Part shown: piece after piece, positions 17,667-26,410 of the stretch
Layout: every line of letters begins with the position of its first letter
Numbering within the stretch: position 1 is the stretch's first letter
Source of the DNA: Anaerolineae bacterium
Lineage (GTDB): Bacteria > Chloroflexota > Anaerolineae > B4-G1
Length of the DNA: 32,754 nt
Assembly (NCBI GenBank): GCA_050049955.1
Contig: JASFVG010000003.1
Coordinates: forward strand, 1 to 32,754
Direction of reading: 5' to 3'
Notes under the pieces: model-generated
Told to the model about the DNA's origin: nothing
Database searches by the model: none
What the model saw: only the letters and a program-made list of their open reading frames with translations
Position numbers and translations under genes: made by a program

Positions 17667-19586
17667 TCAGGGCAGCGAGCGCGGTGGCACACGTACCTGT
17701 ATGTCGGCCTCTCCGCCTGTGACGAGATGGCTGAACGCTAGGAATGGGATGCCGATGCGCACTGGGCCTTGGGCCGAGACGGTGAACTCGAGGCTGCCCT
17801 GCTCGTCTGTGAACCCCTGAGCTAGCAGTTGGTTCGAGGCTATCTCGTAGGCCTTCGCGGAGACGCCTGCGATACCCTCGCCTGCTCCAGGCTGGCCGTC
17901 GCCGTTTCCGTCGTAGTAGACCAGTAGTCTAACGGGAACGAAGCGCGGGGAAGGGGTCACCGGCGCGGGCGGAGTTGGTGTCGTCAGAGGACGCACTGTC
18001 AGCTCCTGCGATTCAGGCGTGGGCGTGGCCACTGGTGACCCCGACGTCGTCGGTGTGGGAGTTGCGGTCGGGACTGCCGACGTCGGCGTGGGGCGCGGTG
18101 TGCTGTCTGCAGAGAAGGGCTCGGTGCTCTTTTCGCAGATGAAGGTGTAGCTGCTGTCCGTGACATCGGGCGGCGTGCGGTCCCCGGTACCCACGAGCAC
18201 GTACAGCCAGCCGTCGTAAGTAGCATAGTAGGTCAGGGAGCTGTTGTAGTTCCCCTTAGCGACGTCGTCGTTCCCTGCAATGGCGCTGTCCCACGAGGGT
18301 CCGCTGAACAAGATCATGTTGGGGTCCAGACCAGGCGCGAGATTCGACGTCTGGCACCTGAAATGGAGACCGGACTTGACCCAGATCTTGAAGAAATCGT
18401 TGTCAGGGCCAGTGCCAAAGGGTGGCGCGAAATTGAAGGTTTGGCCCTCGTTCACCGCGAGGACGCAGGCGTGAAAGAAGTCCAGATTATTCTCGCAATC
18501 ATCCGCTTGGGCGCGGGGTGTTGCGCCCGCGACTGGCGTGGGCGAGGGTGTCTTGGTGGACGGCGCGCCGATCTCCTCCAGGGTCAGGTCGTAGCTGCCA
18601 GCGGACTGGACATTGTTCTTGACGACGATATAGTGGTAGCCATCGTAGTCCGCCTTCCATGAGACCTGGGATGCAAGGCCTCCACCCCCGTCGTCGTCTC
18701 TCTCGATTCTTTCCTCGTCGTCCTCGTACACCTCCAAGAGCGTATCAACGAGGCTGAGATCGCTTGTTGTCGCTTGGTACCAGCGGTCCTCCTTGGTGTA
18801 GAACCGGAAATAGTCCTCGTCGTCCGCGTTGTGGAAGGTCAGTTCAAGGAGGATGGGCACCTGTATCGGCAGAGTGGGCTTGTCCTGCCGAGCCTCCTGA
18901 AAGCTGTTGTTAGGCTCGTAGTCGTCCTCATCACTGACCACCTCTGGGGTCGATGTCGGCGTGACGACGGACGACTCCAGTCTGTACGTTCGGCCCGTAC
19001 AGGAAGGCGTGAGCTGATAGACTTTGAACAGGTATGGCCCAACGCTCCCAGCCTTGAAGGTGACCTGGGCGCTGTAGTTGTCCACCGCGTTCTCATCGAT
19101 CTTGACCGTCTCATAGTCTGGGCCAAAGACGGCGATGCCTAGGTTGTAGTTGGTAGTTCTGCTAGGAAGGGCCCGCACTGTATACTCTGCGCCTACCTGA
19201 GCATTATCCAACCGGAACCAGTCGGCGTGCACCACAACGTCGATCTCCTCCCCCTCGGGCACGTCGGTGTCCGCCACCAATGCCAGACCATCGTAGGTGG
19301 ACAACGTCACGGCATTTGCGTCACCGCACGTCTGCGCGCCGTCGCCGACGGGGCAGGCGTTATCGTTGTCCAGGCTGTCGGTTGTCGTGTACGTAACGCC
19401 GCAGGTCACCTCAGCTCCCTGATAGGGAGGGGCGTGGACCGCGGAGAACATCTCTTCGAAGGGATCGCTAGCCGAGGAAGACGCGGCCAGGGCTGCAGGA
19501 GAGGACCAGGGCACGACAAACGCCACCACCGCCAGTAAGCCTAAGCCCGCCGCTGCCGCCGGCCAAAGTGCGTGAACACGCTTCAT
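17667..19586 (-). CDS. Secreted protein with about three PPC-like beta domains, Pro/Thr linkers and a C-terminal SdrD-B-like domain
   Basis: Signal peptide MKRVHALWPAAAAGLGLL after a GGAGGAG RBS; repeats DDYEPNNSF..A / DEDYFRF / DTLLEVY / DDDGGGGLAS / GSYDL; C-terminal VYYDGNGDGQPGAGEGIAGV. Confidence 0.7.
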   Translation of the reverse strand: MKRVHALWPAAAAGLGLLAVVAFVVPWSSPAALAASSSASDPFEEMFSAVHAPPYQGAEVTCGVTYTTTDSLDNDNACPVGDGAQTCGDANAVTLSTYDGLALVADTDVPEGEEIDVVVHADWFRLDNAQVGAEYTVRALPSRTTNYNLGIAVFGPDYETVKIDENAVDNYSAQVTFKAGSVGPYLFKVYQLTPSCTGRTYRLESSVVTPTSTPEVVSDEDDYEPNNSFQEARQDKPTLPIQVPILLELTFHNADDEDYFRFYTKEDRWYQATTSDLSLVDTLLEVYEDDEERIERDDDGGGGLASQVSWKADYDGYHYIVVKNNVQSAGSYDLTLEEIGAPSTKTPSPTPVAGATPRAQADDCENNLDFFHACVLAVNEGQTFNFAPPFGTGPDNDFFKIWVKSGLHFRCQTSNLAPGLDPNMILFSGPSWDSAIAGNDDVAKGNYNSSLTYYATYDGWLYVLVGTGDRTPPDVTDSSYTFICEKSTEPFSADSTPRPTPTSAVPTATPTPTTSGSPVATPTPESQELTVRPLTTPTPPAPVTPSPRFVPVRLLVYYDGNGDGQPGAGEGIAGVSAKAYEIASNQLLAQGFTDEQGSLEFTVSAQGPVRIGIPFLAFSHLVTGGEADIQVRVPPRSLP

Positions 19587-19638
19587 TTGTACACTCCTCC
19601 AAACCCCTTTGCCGGTCACGGAGCGCCGGGGCTGCGTT

Positions 19639-19667
19639 ACTATACCACAAACTAGGGGAGAGTTCAA
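19639..19667 (-). promoter_or_regulatory. Promoter of the two-gene surface-protein operon
   Basis: TTGAAC (19667-19662), 17 bp spacer, extended TGgTATAGT (hexamer 19644-19639). Confidence 0.7.
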
Positions 19668-19791
19668 GCTAGCCAACGCTCACCCTTGCAGAGCCGCAGT
19701 GCCCTGCCAAGGCCGTTGTCGACGGACACCCGCTGCCGTCAGCGCTCAATCGCGCCACGAAGCCCACCCGAAGGGGCACCTCTCGCGTGCC

Positions 19792-20736
19792 CTAGCGGCT
19801 CTCGAAACCCAGGCGGCGAAGTTCCCTCTCGTCCTCGCGCCACCGCTTTCGCACCTTGACCCGCAAATCGAGATAGACCCTGCCGCCGACCATGCGCTCT
19901 ATCGCTTGCCGAGCAGCAGAGCCGATCTGGCGTATCATACGTCCCTTCCGGCCAATGATGATGCCCTTCTGCGATTCTCTCTCGACGAAGATGTTGGCGG
20001 CGATGTAGGTAATGCCCTTGTCTCGCTCCTCGAATGCCTCAACGACAACCGCCACGGAGTGCGGTACCTCGTGGTAGGAGCGACGCAGGATTTGCTCCCG
20101 GACCAACTCGGCCGCGATCTCCCGCTCAGTCTGATCAGTGATGTATTCGCCCGGATAGTAACGCGGTCCTTCCGGGAGAAGGGCGATGACCGTTTCCAGA
20201 AGCTTGTCCAGGTTCACACCGTCAGTCGCGATGGTCATCATCCACGCTTCGTGCTGAGGCACCAGGTCCCAGTAGGCCTTCGAATTGGGCTCGATCTGCT
20301 CGGGCGGGAGCCGGTCCATCTTGTTGAGCACCAGGATGATAGGCGCATCGGTGTTCGTTTCAAGGATGGCGGCGATCATGCGATCCTCGTTGCCTGGCAG
20401 GACTGAGACGTCGACGACGAACAGCACCACATCGGCATCCGGAATGGCGTGCTTGGCGGAGCTCACCATAATCTCCCCGAGCTTGTGGAGGGGCCGATGG
20501 ATTCCCGGTGTATCGACGAATATGACCTGTACGTCCGGGCGGGTGAGTATGCCCGAAATGCGGGTCCGCGTGGTCTGCGGCTTGGAGGACACGATGGCCA
20601 CCTTCTCGCCAACAAACTGGTTCATCAGCGTCGACTTGCCGACGTTGGGGCGGCCGATCACAGCCACGAAACCGGACCTATGCCCATCGGGGACGGCGTA
20701 CGGATCGCTGAAGCGAAGTTCTGAAGTCTCAGACAT
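19792..20736 (-). CDS. era: GTPase Era
   Basis: GRPNVGKSTL, KPQTTR, DTPG, NKMD, EVPHS, KH motif KGIIIGRKG. Confidence 0.97.
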   Translation of the reverse strand: MSETSELRFSDPYAVPDGHRSGFVAVIGRPNVGKSTLMNQFVGEKVAIVSSKPQTTRTRISGILTRPDVQVIFVDTPGIHRPLHKLGEIMVSSAKHAIPDADVVLFVVDVSVLPGNEDRMIAAILETNTDAPIILVLNKMDRLPPEQIEPNSKAYWDLVPQHEAWMMTIATDGVNLDKLLETVIALLPEGPRYYPGEYITDQTEREIAAELVREQILRRSYHEVPHSVAVVVEAFEERDKGITYIAANIFVERESQKGIIIGRKGRMIRQIGSAARQAIERMVGGRVYLDLRVKVRKRWREDERELRRLGFESR

Positions 20737-20781
20737 GGGTGGTGTCTACTTAGGATGCAGGTGTGGGCCAGCACCCGTGGA

Positions 20782-21432
20782 CTACGTCAACTCTCCCTCT
20801 GGCACCAGGTAGATGCCCGGCAAGCTCACCAGGGTCACCGCGCCCTTCACGATGACGTTTGACAGGAAGATCGACCACACGGTTGTGCCTGAGTATTGCC
20901 CGCCGAATGCACCCCAGGTGAAGACCAGGCTGTCAATAGGTATGCTGAAGGTGTTGCTGACCAATACCCGCAGCCACTGATAGCGCCGCGTGATGCGAGT
21001 GACCCATAGATGGTATACTTCTGTGTCCGCGAGCTCGCTAACCAGCTCGGCGACGATCGAGGCTGCCACGATCCGCCAGACTGGAGACAGGAGCGTGGAG
21101 AACTCACGCTGCAAGGGCCAACTCGGATCGGGGGGAAGCGACGCGGCGAAGCGGAAGAATCCGGCCATCACGAGGTTGATGGCCCCTGCAGCTAGAATGA
21201 CGGTCCTAGCAGCCGCACGACCAAGCAGCTTGTGTACCAGATCGCGCAGGGTGAAGGTGAGGGGGTAGATGAACGTGCCGGCGTCAATGCTCAACCCAGC
21301 CACTGACGCGATCTTCAGGCTGAGCACATCGGCGATCATCTGCGCGGCGCAATAGCTGGCGACGACCCAGATGCCAGCGGTTGAGAGAGGTCTCGCGTCA
21401 TCGGAGCGTCTCATAGGTCGGACCTCGCTCAT
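20782..21432 (-). CDS. yhhQ: Queuosine precursor transporter (VUT/YhhQ family)
   Basis: Multi-TM protein with GTFIYPLTFTLRDLV, RIVAAS..A.LVSE..D..VY and R.LVSN..S..IDS..F. Confidence 0.85.
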   Translation of the reverse strand: MSEVRPMRRSDDARPLSTAGIWVVASYCAAQMIADVLSLKIASVAGLSIDAGTFIYPLTFTLRDLVHKLLGRAAARTVILAAGAINLVMAGFFRFAASLPPDPSWPLQREFSTLLSPVWRIVAASIVAELVSELADTEVYHLWVTRITRRYQWLRVLVSNTFSIPIDSLVFTWGAFGGQYSGTTVWSIFLSNVIVKGAVTLVSLPGIYLVPEGELT

Positions 21433-21615
21433 GCGCGGGAATAGGTCATGGTCTCGTGCCCACGATGGGGCGCGCTCCGACGCAGGTTTGCCCCTCTAGG
21501 ATCTAGCCTTTCCACGCTAGGCAGTCCAAAGCGGGAGCCCGTTGCTGATCGTCTGCTTCTGAGGCAGGGTCCCCCTGCGACAGTTCTCCCGGATGTGGTT
21601 GCTCTGGCCTGCTAT

Positions 21616-23679
21616 CTAGTTCTCTTCTTCTCGATTGTGGGCCTCGATGATCTCCTGTTGCAGGTGATGGGGCAGCTGTTCGTAGTGATCGAACGTCATG
21701 GAGAACAGGCCTCGACCCTGTGTCAGGCTGCGCAGATCGGTGGCATAGCGCTGCATCTCGGCGAGGGGCACGCGTGCGGCCACGATCGTCTTTCCGGCAC
21801 GCTGATCCATCCCTTGCACCTGTGCGCGCCGTGTGTTGAGATCACCAATGATGTCGCCGGTGTACTCCTCGGGGACGGTGACCGATACCGTGTGTATCGG
21901 CTCAAGCAGCACCGGTGCCGCGCCTTTCACCACCTTTTTGAAGGCCTCGCGCCCTGCTATCTGGAAGGCGATGTCCTTGGAGTCCACCGGGTGCTCCTTG
22001 CCGTCGTAGACAGCTGCCAGGACATCTACCACAGGGTAACCGGCGATGACGCCTTGTTCCAGGACCTGCTTAATCCCTTTCTCGATGGAACCCTTGAAGC
22101 CCGTCGAGATATTTCCCCCGCGCACCTCCCACTCGTACTCATAGCCGGTGCCGCGGGGCAGAGGCTCCACCCGCATATGGACCTCAGCGAATTGACCGGC
22201 GCCGCCCGTCTGCTTCTTGTGGCGGTACTGATCAGCATAGGTCCGGGTGATGGTCTCGCGATAGGGCACCTTGGGTGTGGAAGTCTCCACCTCGACATCG
22301 AACCGGTTCGACATACGTTGAATCGCAATATCCACGTGTGCGTCACCCATTCCCTGAAGTAGCATCTCCTTGGTGCTCGCTTCCTGACGCCACCGGAGCG
22401 TGGGATCCTCCTCACAGATACGCGTCATCGTCGGACCCAGCTTGGCCTGGTCAGCCTTGCTCTTCGGCGAGACGGCCACGCTATAGACGGGGGATGGGAA
22501 GATCGGGCCGGGCAGTGTCACCTGGTGCTCTCTGGCGCAGAGAGTGTCACCGGTCAGCGTGCTATCCAGCTTGGCAACTGCACCGATGTCGCCGGCTCGG
22601 AGGTGGGGCACGCTGATCTGTTCTTTGCCTCGGATGACGTAGAGCTGACCCAAGCGTTCCTCTTCGCCTGAGTGGCTGTTCTGGACCCGGCTATCGGACT
22701 CGATGATGCCTCTGTAGGTCCGGAAGAACGTCAACTTGCCGACGTAGGGGTCGGCCGTGGTCTTGAAGACCAGAGCGACCAACGGGCCTTCCTCTTCGGG
22801 CAAGACCTCCTCGTCACCGGCCGGCCCTGCCGCCGTAGCCGGTGCCAAATCGGCGGGCGACGGCCCGTAGCTGACCAGCGTCTCGAGCAAGGCTTTTGTT
22901 CCGATGTTCTCTGTTGCTGCCGAGACCATCACCGGCACCGCTGTCCCTTGAAGAATCGCCTCACGTAGACCGTGCCTCGTCTCCTCCTCCGAGAGTTCCT
23001 CACCTTCCAGGTACTTCATCAGCAATTCATCATCCGCCTCAGCAGCCGCCTCGATCAGTCGAAAGCGGGCATCCTCCACCTGATCAGCCATGTCATCCGG
23101 AATGTCCGCCACCGTGCCGTCCGAGCCAAGGAGCGCGCGCTTGTTCACCAGATCGACAACACCGGAACACCCTTCGCCTGTGCCGATTGGGAGGTGGGTG
23201 AGGACAAAGTTCCCGTCGAAGACTTCGTTCAGCGCTTCCATTGAACGGTCAAGATCGACGTTCTCTCGATTGATCTTGTTGATCAACACCATCCGTGGGA
23301 TAGCCTGCTCGTCGACGAACTTCCAAACCAGTTCAGTGCCAACCTCAACACCAGACACGGCGTCTACCACGATGACGGCTATATCGGACACCCGCGTTGC
23401 ACTCTTGACCTCGCCGACGAAATCCGTATAGCCAGGCGTGTCGATCACATTGATCTTGTGCCCCTCCCATTCAACGGGGACAAGAGCCAGGTTGAGCGAG
23501 ATATGGCGACGCCTCTCCTCCTCGTCGAAGTCGGCTACGGTCGTGCCCTTCTCGACTTCTCCCACACGGTTGATAGCGCCGCTGGTGAACAGCATGGCCT
23601 CGGCTAGCGAGGTCTTTCCGGAGCTACCGTGTCCAAGTAGTACCACGTTGCGCAGTCGCTCGGTCTGATAATCCTTCAT
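21616..23679 (-). CDS. fusA2: Elongation factor G paralog (EF-G2/EF-G II)
   Basis: LRNVVLLGHGSSGKTSL, EE.RR.ISL, DTPGY, GMGDAH, PKVPYRETI, HKKQTGGAGQF, H.VDS..IAF; not in the str operon. Start reassigned to ATG 23679. Confidence 0.92.
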   Translation of the reverse strand: MKDYQTERLRNVVLLGHGSSGKTSLAEAMLFTSGAINRVGEVEKGTTVADFDEEERRRHISLNLALVPVEWEGHKINVIDTPGYTDFVGEVKSATRVSDIAVIVVDAVSGVEVGTELVWKFVDEQAIPRMVLINKINRENVDLDRSMEALNEVFDGNFVLTHLPIGTGEGCSGVVDLVNKRALLGSDGTVADIPDDMADQVEDARFRLIEAAAEADDELLMKYLEGEELSEEETRHGLREAILQGTAVPVMVSAATENIGTKALLETLVSYGPSPADLAPATAAGPAGDEEVLPEEEGPLVALVFKTTADPYVGKLTFFRTYRGIIESDSRVQNSHSGEEERLGQLYVIRGKEQISVPHLRAGDIGAVAKLDSTLTGDTLCAREHQVTLPGPIFPSPVYSVAVSPKSKADQAKLGPTMTRICEEDPTLRWRQEASTKEMLLQGMGDAHVDIAIQRMSNRFDVEVETSTPKVPYRETITRTYADQYRHKKQTGGAGQFAEVHMRVEPLPRGTGYEYEWEVRGGNISTGFKGSIEKGIKQVLEQGVIAGYPVVDVLAAVYDGKEHPVDSKDIAFQIAGREAFKKVVKGAAPVLLEPIHTVSVTVPEEYTGDIIGDLNTRRAQVQGMDQRAGKTIVAARVPLAEMQRYATDLRSLTQGRGLFSMTFDHYEQLPHHLQQEIIEAHNREEEN

Positions 23680-23815
23680 TGCGGATATGACTCCCTTGGA
23701 TAGTGCAAGTGCGGCGACCCACGAAGCAATCAGGCTGCGTCCAGGAAGGCCAGCCCTGCTGCGTCCCACGTATCGCGCCCCACGCCAGGTGCTTGAAGAT
23801 ATGCTGTAGCCGGTT

Positions 23816-23844
23816 ATTCTAAACGAGAACGACGTGCCTGTCAA
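23816..23844 (-). promoter_or_regulatory. Promoter of fusA2
   Basis: TTGACA (23844-23839), 17 bp spacer, TAGAAT (23821-23816). Confidence 0.75.
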
Positions 23845-23873
23845 TTGCCCTGAGCGGCAAACGGTGGTACACT
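23845..23873 (+). promoter_or_regulatory. Promoter of tnaA
   Basis: TTGCCC (23845-23850), 17 bp spacer, extended TGgTACACT (hexamer 23868-23873). Confidence 0.6.
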
Positions 23874-23925
23874 TGCGCCGTCCATCACTGCCAGTCCAGC
23901 ACCGAAAACCGAAAGAGGAATACCC

Positions 23926-25305
23926 ATGGCTCACTTCCCCATCGAACCCTTCAAAATCAAAGTCGTCGAACCGATCCGTCACACGACCCGCGCGGAGCGA
24001 GAGCAGATCCTCATCGAAGCGGGGTACAACCTCTTCGCCGTACGGGCCGAGGACGTCCTTATCGACCTCTTGACCGATTCCGGCACGGCGGCTATGTCCG
24101 ACAATCAGTGGTCAGGCATCATGCTGGGTGACGAGAGCTACGCCGGCTGTCGCAGCTTCTTCAGCCTGGAACAGGCGGTCACCGAGATCACCGGTTTTCG
24201 CCACTTCGTGCCCACCCATCAGGGGCGGGCAGCTGAGAGTCTCCTGTTTGCCTGCACCCTCAGGCCGGGGCAGTCTGTCCCCAGCAATATGCACTTCGAT
24301 ACCACGCAAGCCAATGTCATTGCGAACGGTGGCAAACCGGTCAATCTCATCGTCGACGAGGGACTTGATTGCACAGCGCACGCCCCGTTCAAGGGGAACA
24401 TCGACCTTCAGAAGCTGGAGGCCTTCATCGCGCAGACCGGCCCGCACAATATCCCCCTCGGGATGCTAACCGTGACCAACAACTCTGGAGGCGGACAGCC
24501 GGTCTCTATGGGGAATATCCGCGCAACAAGCGAGGTTCTTCATCGCCACGGCATCCCCCTGTTCCTGGATGCCTGTCGCTATGCTGAGAATGCCTACTTC
24601 ATCAAACTCCGCGATCCCCAGTACGCAGACTCGCCAGTCCTCGACATAGCTCGCGAGATGTTCTCCTATGCCGACGGCTGCACAGTGTCCGCCAAGAAGG
24701 ACGGGCTGGTCAACATCGGTGGTTTCCTGGCCATAAACGATGCGTCGCTGTTCGAGCGTGTGCGCCAAGAGCTGATCATTCGCGAGGGCTTCCCCACCTA
24801 CGGGGGGCTGGCTGGCCGTGACCTGGAGGCGCTGGCACGCGGGCTGTGGGAGGGCCTCGACGAACGCTATCTGGCCTATCGGATCGGCCACACCAAGTAC
24901 CTGGCAGACCGCCTGCTGGAGGAGGGCCTACCAATCCTCGAGCCGCCCGGCGGGCACGCAGTCTACCTGGACGCCAAGCGTTTTCTGGGTCACATTCCGC
25001 AGCACGAGCTTCCTGGTCAGGCGCTTGTCTGCGAGCTGTACTTAAAGGGCGGCATTCGCAGCGGGGAGATTGGGACCGTCATGTTCGCCCGCGAGGACCC
25101 TCAGAGCGGTGAGATGGCATACCCTGAGCTGGAGCTGGTGCGGTTGGCGATTCCCCGCCGCGTCTATACGCAGGCGCACCTGGACTACGTCGTGGATGTG
25201 TCCAAGCGCATCTATGGGGATCGCGATAGCGTGGTCGGACTTCGCTACACCTACGCTCCAGAGCTCTTACGTCACTTCACGGCCCGATTCGAGCCTGTCC
25301 AGTAA
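23926..25305 (+). CDS. tnaA: Tryptophanase (beta-eliminating lyase family)
   Basis: EPFKIKVVE, IDLLTDSGT, GDESYAG, PLP lysine SAKKD; FDTT and LRHFTAR match tryptophanase rather than tyrosine phenol-lyase (FTTT, LRFFTAR). Confidence 0.9.
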   Translation: MAHFPIEPFKIKVVEPIRHTTRAEREQILIEAGYNLFAVRAEDVLIDLLTDSGTAAMSDNQWSGIMLGDESYAGCRSFFSLEQAVTEITGFRHFVPTHQGRAAESLLFACTLRPGQSVPSNMHFDTTQANVIANGGKPVNLIVDEGLDCTAHAPFKGNIDLQKLEAFIAQTGPHNIPLGMLTVTNNSGGGQPVSMGNIRATSEVLHRHGIPLFLDACRYAENAYFIKLRDPQYADSPVLDIAREMFSYADGCTVSAKKDGLVNIGGFLAINDASLFERVRQELIIREGFPTYGGLAGRDLEALARGLWEGLDERYLAYRIGHTKYLADRLLEEGLPILEPPGGHAVYLDAKRFLGHIPQHELPGQALVCELYLKGGIRSGEIGTVMFAREDPQSGEMAYPELELVRLAIPRRVYTQAHLDYVVDVSKRIYGDRDSVVGLRYTYAPELLRHFTARFEPVQ

Positions 25306-25334
25306 CTTGTCACGTGGAGGCTTTGGGGTCGTCG

Positions 25335-26384
25335 TCAATCGCCGCCTGTCTGATCCTCTCGGGAGAGCAGGGCCAGCACCACGACCACACCGAGCCCGAT
25401 GATGATCAGGGCTGCCAGTTTCTGCCACGGGCCCACGATCAGCGCCAGTAGCCCGAAGAGGGCGCAGAAGCCCCAGTAGAGGACCACGATGGCCCGCTGC
25501 GGTAGGCCAAGATCGCGTAGTCGATAATGGAGGTGTCCACGGTCCCCCCGCACTGGGGAGCGGTGATGGCGAGCGCGATCGAAGATCTGCCAGGCCACAT
25601 CGACGATTGGCAGCCCCATAACCATAAGCACGGTAGCCGTCCGTCCGCCCGCGATCAGACCCAAGCCTGCAAGCGCATAGCCCAAGAAGAACGCCCCGGC
25701 GCTGCCTAGGAATACGCTCGCTGGCGCCATGTTGTAGGGCAAGAACCCTGTCAGCGCGCCCATCAGGGCCAGCGGCAGGAGCGCAACACTGGGCTGACCG
25801 GCACGGTGCATGTGTATCGCCAACACCAGGCAGAGTATGGCTCCCACCCCGGCGGCGAGCCCGTCGAGGCCGTCCAGCCAGTTGACTGTGTTGATCATCC
25901 CCGCGACCCACAGAACCGTCAAGGGTACGTAGATCCAGGGTCCCCACGGATACCTGTTCAGTTCTACCATTCCAAAGAGCGGCAGCGTGAACCGTTCGAG
26001 CCAGAGCAGCGTGGTGAGGGCGACCAGCGAAAGGGCGATCTGAACGGCGAACTGTGGGAGCGGTGGCAGGTCGAAGCGGTCATCCAACAGGCCACACAGG
26101 AGTGCCACGCCCCCGCCGAATAGGAGGCCCTTAAGGCGGAGCGTGTCGCTCGCGCCGTAGCCCGCGGTGAGGAGTCCCTGCTGATGGGCCAGGCCAACGG
26201 CTCCAATGAACGCCACAAAGACCGCCGCGCCCCCGAGGCGTGAGACCAAGCCTTCGTGCCGCCGTCGTCCTCCTGGGCGGTCGACGATGCCCACCCAGCG
26301 GCCCAAGCGCCCGGCGATGGGCGCTGCCAGGACTGCCAGGCCGAAGGAGGTGGCGAAGACGAGCAAGTAACGGAGGAGGACCAT
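25335..26384 (-). CDS. Undecaprenyl-phosphate GlcNAc-1-phosphate transferase (WecA/TagO, glycosyltransferase family 4)
   Basis: D.PGGRR.H, GLLDD, NTVNWLDGLDGLA, FLPYN..PASVFLG, DRGHLHYRL; about 11 TM segments. Confidence 0.9.
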   Translation of the reverse strand: MVLLRYLLVFATSFGLAVLAAPIAGRLGRWVGIVDRPGGRRRHEGLVSRLGGAAVFVAFIGAVGLAHQQGLLTAGYGASDTLRLKGLLFGGGVALLCGLLDDRFDLPPLPQFAVQIALSLVALTTLLWLERFTLPLFGMVELNRYPWGPWIYVPLTVLWVAGMINTVNWLDGLDGLAAGVGAILCLVLAIHMHRAGQPSVALLPLALMGALTGFLPYNMAPASVFLGSAGAFFLGYALAGLGLIAGGRTATVLMVMGLPIVDVAWQIFDRARHHRSPVRGDRGHLHYRLRDLGLPQRAIVVLYWGFCALFGLLALIVGPWQKLAALIIIGLGVVVVLALLSREDQTGGD

Positions 26385-26410
26385 ACGGAGTTGGCGTCCC
26401 GGAGGATGCC

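Noticed and set aside
21433-21615. Possible preQ1 riboswitch, or tiny uORF (MTYSRA*) overlapping the yhhQ start
   Set aside because: No preQ1-I stem with A-rich tail is recognisable; the uORF has no SD and is plausible by chance
23874-23925. tnaC-like leader peptide
   Set aside because: The leader is too short and has no Trp-containing, Pro-stop mini ORF
23680-23982. N-terminal extension of the EF-G2 ORF (788 aa)
   Set aside because: It overlaps the tnaA start and both promoters; the G domain starts right after ATG 23679
23926-25305. Tyrosine phenol-lyase assignment
   Set aside because: The specificity positions (FDTT, LRHF) are tryptophanase-type
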